Shown here: positions 33,577 through 36,225 of the stretch, one piece after another
Position numbering within the stretch: position 1 is the stretch's first letter
How the letters are laid out: each line of letters begins with the position of its first letter
From: a virus
Strand: one strand, 5' to 3'
DNA: 36,225 nucleotides
IMG/VR virus record: IMGVR_UViG_3300040801_002332
Span: 1-36,225 of that record
Program-made: the position numbers and the translations under genes
Notes under the pieces: model-generated
Databases searched by the model: none
What the model saw: the letters and a program-made list of their open reading frames with translations, nothing else
Told to the model about the DNA's origin: nothing

Positions 33577-33605
33577 ATACTACTCCACCAGTCTATCGTT
33601 GTCAA
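33577..33605 (-). promoter_or_regulatory. Early leftward sigma70 promoter
   Basis: The minus strand reads TTGACA-N17-TAGTAT, about 45 nt upstream of the first early ATG. Confidence 0.75.
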
Positions 33606-33776
33606 CAGTTATTCTAAATTTATTTCATTAAATTCCTGCGCCACTGTTGTACGCTATCCACTCCTTATATATATACGCGCGAGTAGCGCAGCGAACGAGC
33701 CGAGGAAGACAATGGGAAGCAATAAAGCTATATCACATTAGTTATGTGCTTATTCCGTATTGATATAAATAAAAGC

Positions 33777-33805
33777 TTGACTTTTGCTGAAAAATATGCT
33801 ACCCT
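33777..33805 (+). promoter_or_regulatory. Rightward sigma70-like promoter P1 (no ORF downstream for ~320 nt)
   Basis: aaaagcTTGACT-N17-TACCCT, with an A-rich upstream element. Confidence 0.5.
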
Positions 33806-33867
33806 TAAAGACACAATCACAAGCAACAGCACAAACAACATCAACGGCAACAGCTACTAGCTGATCT

Positions 33868-33981
33868 TAACTATAAAGAATAAATTACTTCAGATAACTA
33901 TAAAACATAAGAAGTAAGCAATAAGTAAAGCTGTAAGCGCTCTCGCTTTCAGCGATCGCTTAAGATAACTATAAAGCATAA
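33868..33981 (+). repeat. Three dispersed TAACTATAAA(g/a)(a/c)ATAA boxes in the non-coding stretch
   Basis: Copies at 33868..33883, 33895..33910 and 33966..33981. Between them lie TAAG-rich sequence and the 10-bp palindrome AGCGATCGCT (33951..33960). Confidence 0.85.
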
Positions 33982-34061
33982 GAATAAGCTCTCTCTCCTA
34001 TATGCTCCTTGAGCAAAGCTATTGCCTGAGAAAAGTAGCGTAAAATTAGTCCAAAAAAAGC

Positions 34062-34090
34062 TTGCATTCTGAATAAGACAGGTGTATCTT
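34062..34090 (+). promoter_or_regulatory. Rightward sigma70-like promoter P2 for the plus-strand cassette
   Basis: aaaaagcTTGCAT-N17-TATCTT, 36 nt upstream of the lipoprotein ATG. It shares the AAAAGCTTG context with P1. Confidence 0.6.
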
Positions 34091-34125
34091 AGAACCATCA
34101 ACTCAACAAACAAAGGAACACGGAA

Positions 34126-34302
34126 ATGAAAACAACATTAGTAGCACTAGTAATCAGTGGAGTCGTATTAGGATGCTCTACAATCTCAATGCTGCCTAAC
34201 GGCGAGGTTTACGAGGCAAACACGATACAGGTACAGGTGACGGAAAAACAGGCGCTACAGAACGCCGCCAGTGAGTTCGTTAAAACAGTCTACGGACAAT
34301 GA
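34126..34302 (+). CDS. Small lipoprotein (58 aa precursor), not in the ORF track
   Basis: MKTTLVALVISGVVLG/CSTISMLPNGEVYEANTIQVQVTEKQALQNAASEFVKTVYGQ*. It has a Lys n-region, a hydrophobic core and a VLGC lipobox. Its stop forms an ATGA overlap with the next gene. Confidence 0.7.
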   Translation: MKTTLVALVISGVVLGCSTISMLPNGEVYEANTIQVQVTEKQALQNAASEFVKTVYGQ

Positions 34303-34505
34303 GAGAAAATAGGAGAAAGGAAATGAACGAGTTAGTACTAGACCCAAAATACTACGAAATGGAATGGGATCAATTGGAGGAAACCGAGGAGTGGAATCCG
34401 AATGATCTGGAAGTGGAAATGAATATGGCAGAAAGAGCACATCTAGAAGAGGAGGTAAGGAAGGCAAGATGCTTAGGTGTGACTGTTTTTGAAACTAATT
34501 TCTGA
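34299..34505 (+). CDS. Very acidic small protein (68 aa)
   Basis: 19 Asp/Glu against 9 Lys/Arg by my count. Translationally coupled to the lipoprotein gene. Confidence 0.6.
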   Translation: MRENRRKEMNELVLDPKYYEMEWDQLEETEEWNPNDLEVEMNMAERAHLEEEVRKARCLGVTVFETNF

Positions 34506-34520
34506 GGAGCATAACGGCAT

Positions 34521-34542
34521 AGCGCCCCGCAATGAGGGCGCT
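34521..34542. terminator. Hairpin between convergent transcription units (candidate bidirectional terminator)
   Basis: AGCGCCC-cgcaatga-GGGCGCT (7-bp GC-rich stem). It lies between the plus cassette stop (34505) and the endolysin stop (34557). The U-tracts are weak. Confidence 0.45.
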
Positions 34543-34556
34543 TCCGCTTATATAAA

Positions 34557-35027
34557 TTACGTATATTTCACTCTAGCAAAATGCATCCAGTCGTAATTTT
34601 TAGCTCTACCGAGACTAGCGAAATTATGCAATTCCATTATATCGAGGAACATTTCATACTCAGGCTGAGCAAACAATGCCCGCTCCCTACCCCAGCTCAG
34701 GCGATTACCTAACGGGTGAATATCGATAGCTGAACCAAAAGCATGGCTAGACCATTTCGTCCCTCCTCGTATCCTCCTCACGTTTGTCGTTCCACCAAAT
34801 AAATCCAATCCCAGCTCCATAATACGATCCCTACCGTACGCGAGCCAGATACCATCTAGGGCGTTCTGTAAATCCTCAGATGCTAGCTCATGGCATTTGA
34901 TGCGCGACACCTGAACCTCTGGTTTCCACGCTAGCCTCAGCGGGTATCTAGGGTATATAAATGTTTGTCGCGTGCCTGGCATGCCGTAATACGCGATCTG
35001 ATCTTTGTCGGTGTTATACGGTAACAT
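34557..35027 (-). CDS. Endolysin, M15/LAS-family zinc peptidase
   Basis: SSHAFGSAIDIHP (H-x6-D) and DWMHF motifs. 156 aa, and the last gene of the leftward programme. Confidence 0.75.
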   Translation of the reverse strand: MLPYNTDKDQIAYYGMPGTRQTFIYPRYPLRLAWKPEVQVSRIKCHELASEDLQNALDGIWLAYGRDRIMELGLDLFGGTTNVRRIRGGTKWSSHAFGSAIDIHPLGNRLSWGRERALFAQPEYEMFLDIMELHNFASLGRAKNYDWMHFARVKYT

Positions 35028-35035
35028 ATATCCCC

Positions 35036-35824
35036 CTAGATAGATTCAATCAGTAGCCTACAGGACTGAGCCCGTGTATCAATGGGGAGACCCCAATCGT
35101 AGATTTCGCACTCCACATCTACAACATCATTAGCTGCTAGATTCGCTATAATAGTCGCCGTCATTGTGTCAGCACCTCTATCTGCTGTCCTATGATAGCC
35201 ATACATTTTAGTCCCTGGGATTTCCGTGCTGTTTTTTCGTATATAACAGAGTGATGCCGTACGGCTAGTGCCCTCTACCATGTCAATTGTGACCTCTGCC
35301 GTGATTTTATAATAGCCTGCATTAGCTATTGTCACAGCGCCACCAACGTTAGTAAAACCGGGGTCTGAGTACACCACGGTATCGAAATCTAACACGATAG
35401 GCGCGTCTATCTCAATAACCTGAGTACCGCTGTTGTACGCGCAATGCCTGATAATAGGGGAGCTAGAACCTGCTGGTCCCACTGGTCCCTGAATGCCTTG
35501 AGGACCCACGTCTCCTGTATCCCCTTTCGGCCCAGTTGGCCCGATGTCGCCTTGAGGACCTGCCGGACCTATTGGTCCTTGATCACCTTGAATTCCCTGT
35601 ATACCTTGAGGCCCCGTGTCCCCTTGTGGTCCCTGCGGCCCCGTGTCCCCTTGTGGTCCCTGCGGCCCCTGTGGACCTGTATCGCCTTGGGGACCTTGCG
35701 GGCCTTGAATACCCTGCGGACCTGGCTGTCCCTCTGGCCCTGTTGGTCCCATAGGCCCTTGAGGACCTGCAGACCCACTAACCGATAACGCTAGTGGTTT
35801 TTTATTAGTAATAAACAGTTTCAT
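35036..35824 (-). CDS. Collagen-like fibre protein with C1q/TNF-like globular C-terminal domain
   Basis: 35 uninterrupted Gly-X-Y triplets (aa 17-121). The 140-aa C-terminal domain has a C1q-like pattern ([14 protein letters not shown]...[17 protein letters not shown]...LCYIRKN...[16 protein letters not shown]). Confidence 0.75.
   Translation of the reverse strand: MKLFITNKKPLALSVSGSAGPQGPMGPTGPEGQPGPQGIQGPQGPQGDTGPQGPQGPQGDTGPQGPQGDTGPQGIQGIQGDQGPIGPAGPQGDIGPTGPKGDTGDVGPQGIQGPVGPAGSSSPIIRHCAYNSGTQVIEIDAPIVLDFDTVVYSDPGFTNVGGAVTIANAGYYKITAEVTIDMVEGTSRTASLCYIRKNSTEIPGTKMYGYHRTADRGADTMTATIIANLAANDVVDVECEIYDWGLPIDTRAQSCRLLIESI
35610..35663. repeat. Perfect 27-bp tandem duplication inside the collagen-like region
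   Basis: ggccccgtgtccccttgtggtccctgc occurs twice back to back, duplicating three Gly-X-Y triplets. Confidence 0.9.
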
Positions 35825-36183
35825 CGTGTAACCCCCTGAAATACAGTGATTTTGCCTTCTAGAATCCTATCAACACTCTCGTCCTTGACAAGCAGAAGAT
35901 CATATACATGCCTGCCTGGTTCCAGCAAATCAGTCTGATCTGCCGTTATAGTTACAGCTATGGTCCCCTCAGCACCTCCTAGGGTTATCCCATTAGCATC
36001 ATCCAGTTCTAATTCAGCATCAGGAGCGTCTATGGTTTTTCTGATGTGCATTAATGTAGTATACGAGGCCAGGTCTAGCGGCGTCTCCTCGTCGGATTCA
36101 AACATCGCAATTTCAAGAACGAAAGTTCCGCCTCTGTTGATCTCTAGGTCTAATAATTGTGTATTGCGTCTCAGTGTCGCCAT
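35821..36183 (-). CDS. Beta-sandwich (Ig-like) protein, possible fibre adaptor (120 aa)
   Basis: The pattern RGGTF.L.I........PLDL......M.IR.......ELE........G.I.V.I.A..T..L.....VYDLLL......RILEGKI.V resembles Ig-like N-domains of phage fibre/baseplate proteins. ATGA-coupled to the collagen-like gene. Confidence 0.45.
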   Translation of the reverse strand: MATLRRNTQLLDLEINRGGTFVLEIAMFESDEETPLDLASYTTLMHIRKTIDAPDAELELDDANGITLGGAEGTIAVTITADQTDLLEPGRHVYDLLLVKDESVDRILEGKITVFQGVTR

Positions 36184-36225
36184 TAGTCACCTCTGTGAAG
36201 GGGAGGCTCCTCTACGGGGCCTCCT
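36109..36225. repeat. Terminal direct repeat, copy 2 (identical to 1..117)
   Basis: Same 117-nt string as 1..117. This implies a circular or concatemeric template with a 36,108-bp unit length. Confidence 0.95.

Noticed and set aside
33547-33741. 64-aa plus-strand ORF in the control region.
   Set aside because: It starts at a TTG, has no RBS and runs straight across the early promoter on the other strand.
34255-34467. 70-aa minus-strand ORF opposite the acidic-protein gene.
   Set aside because: This is a Pro/Leu/Ser-rich antisense shadow of a Glu-rich gene. The plus-strand genes have a promoter, ATGA coupling and a lipoprotein signal.
1-36225. Lysogeny module (integrase, CI/Cro-type repressor, attP) and tRNA genes.
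   Set aside because: No ORF shows integrase or recombinase motifs or a repressor-like HTH/peptidase layout. No cloverleaf-like sequence with a GTTCGAATC-type T-loop was seen in the intergenic regions. The Rha and KilAC proteins alone do not imply temperate growth.

Overview
The window is a complete phage genome. Its ends are identical (1..117 = 36109..36225), so the contig closes into a 36,108-bp unit. It is a tailed dsDNA phage with a lambda-like siphovirus morphogenesis module.

Nearly all genes lie on the minus strand and read as one programme:
- **Early and replication genes:** A near-consensus sigma70 early promoter (33605..33577) drives many small early genes. After them come Rha and KilAC antirepressor-like proteins, a RuvC-like resolvase, a metallophosphatase and a MazG/DUF1599-like protein. 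The replication genes complete the block: Prim-Pol/helicase, Sak4-like ATPase, DUF669-type SSB, Cas4-like nuclease and a family A DNA polymerase ending at 20888.
- **Non-coding hub (20162..20887):** It holds two heptad arrays, paired C6 tracts, an AT-rich block and 21-bp-phased iterons.
- **Lysis-proximal genes:** A holin, a membrane/coiled-coil protein, a possible Z-like protein and a Sec-secreted polysaccharide-lyase-like protein, closed by an intrinsic terminator.
- **Cos-like gap (17419..17867):** 449 bp with no convincing ORF, directly upstream of terS.
- **Packaging and head:** terS, GpA-type terL, a W-like protein, the portal, a protease-scaffold-capsid fusion and two connector proteins.
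- **Tail:** Major tail protein, G/GT chaperones with a clear -1 slippery site, the tape measure, M/L/K/I-like proteins and a 1689-aa J-like tip protein.
- **Across the junction:** A beta-sandwich-like protein, a collagen/C1q-like fibre and an M15 endolysin ending at 34557.

Only one cassette is on the plus strand (34126..34505). It encodes a 58-aa lipoprotein and a very acidic 68-aa protein, and sits in the ~1-kb control region between the start and end of the leftward programme. That region also holds duplicated promoters and a box-repeat non-coding stretch.

I saw no integrase, CI-like repressor, tRNA, CRISPR array or reverse transcriptase.

Several ORF-track starts (TTG or GTG) are better replaced by internal ATGs that form ATGA or TAATG overlaps with the upstream gene. 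Six likely genes under 60 aa are missing from the track.

All family assignments come from motif and synteny recognition by eye, not from searches.
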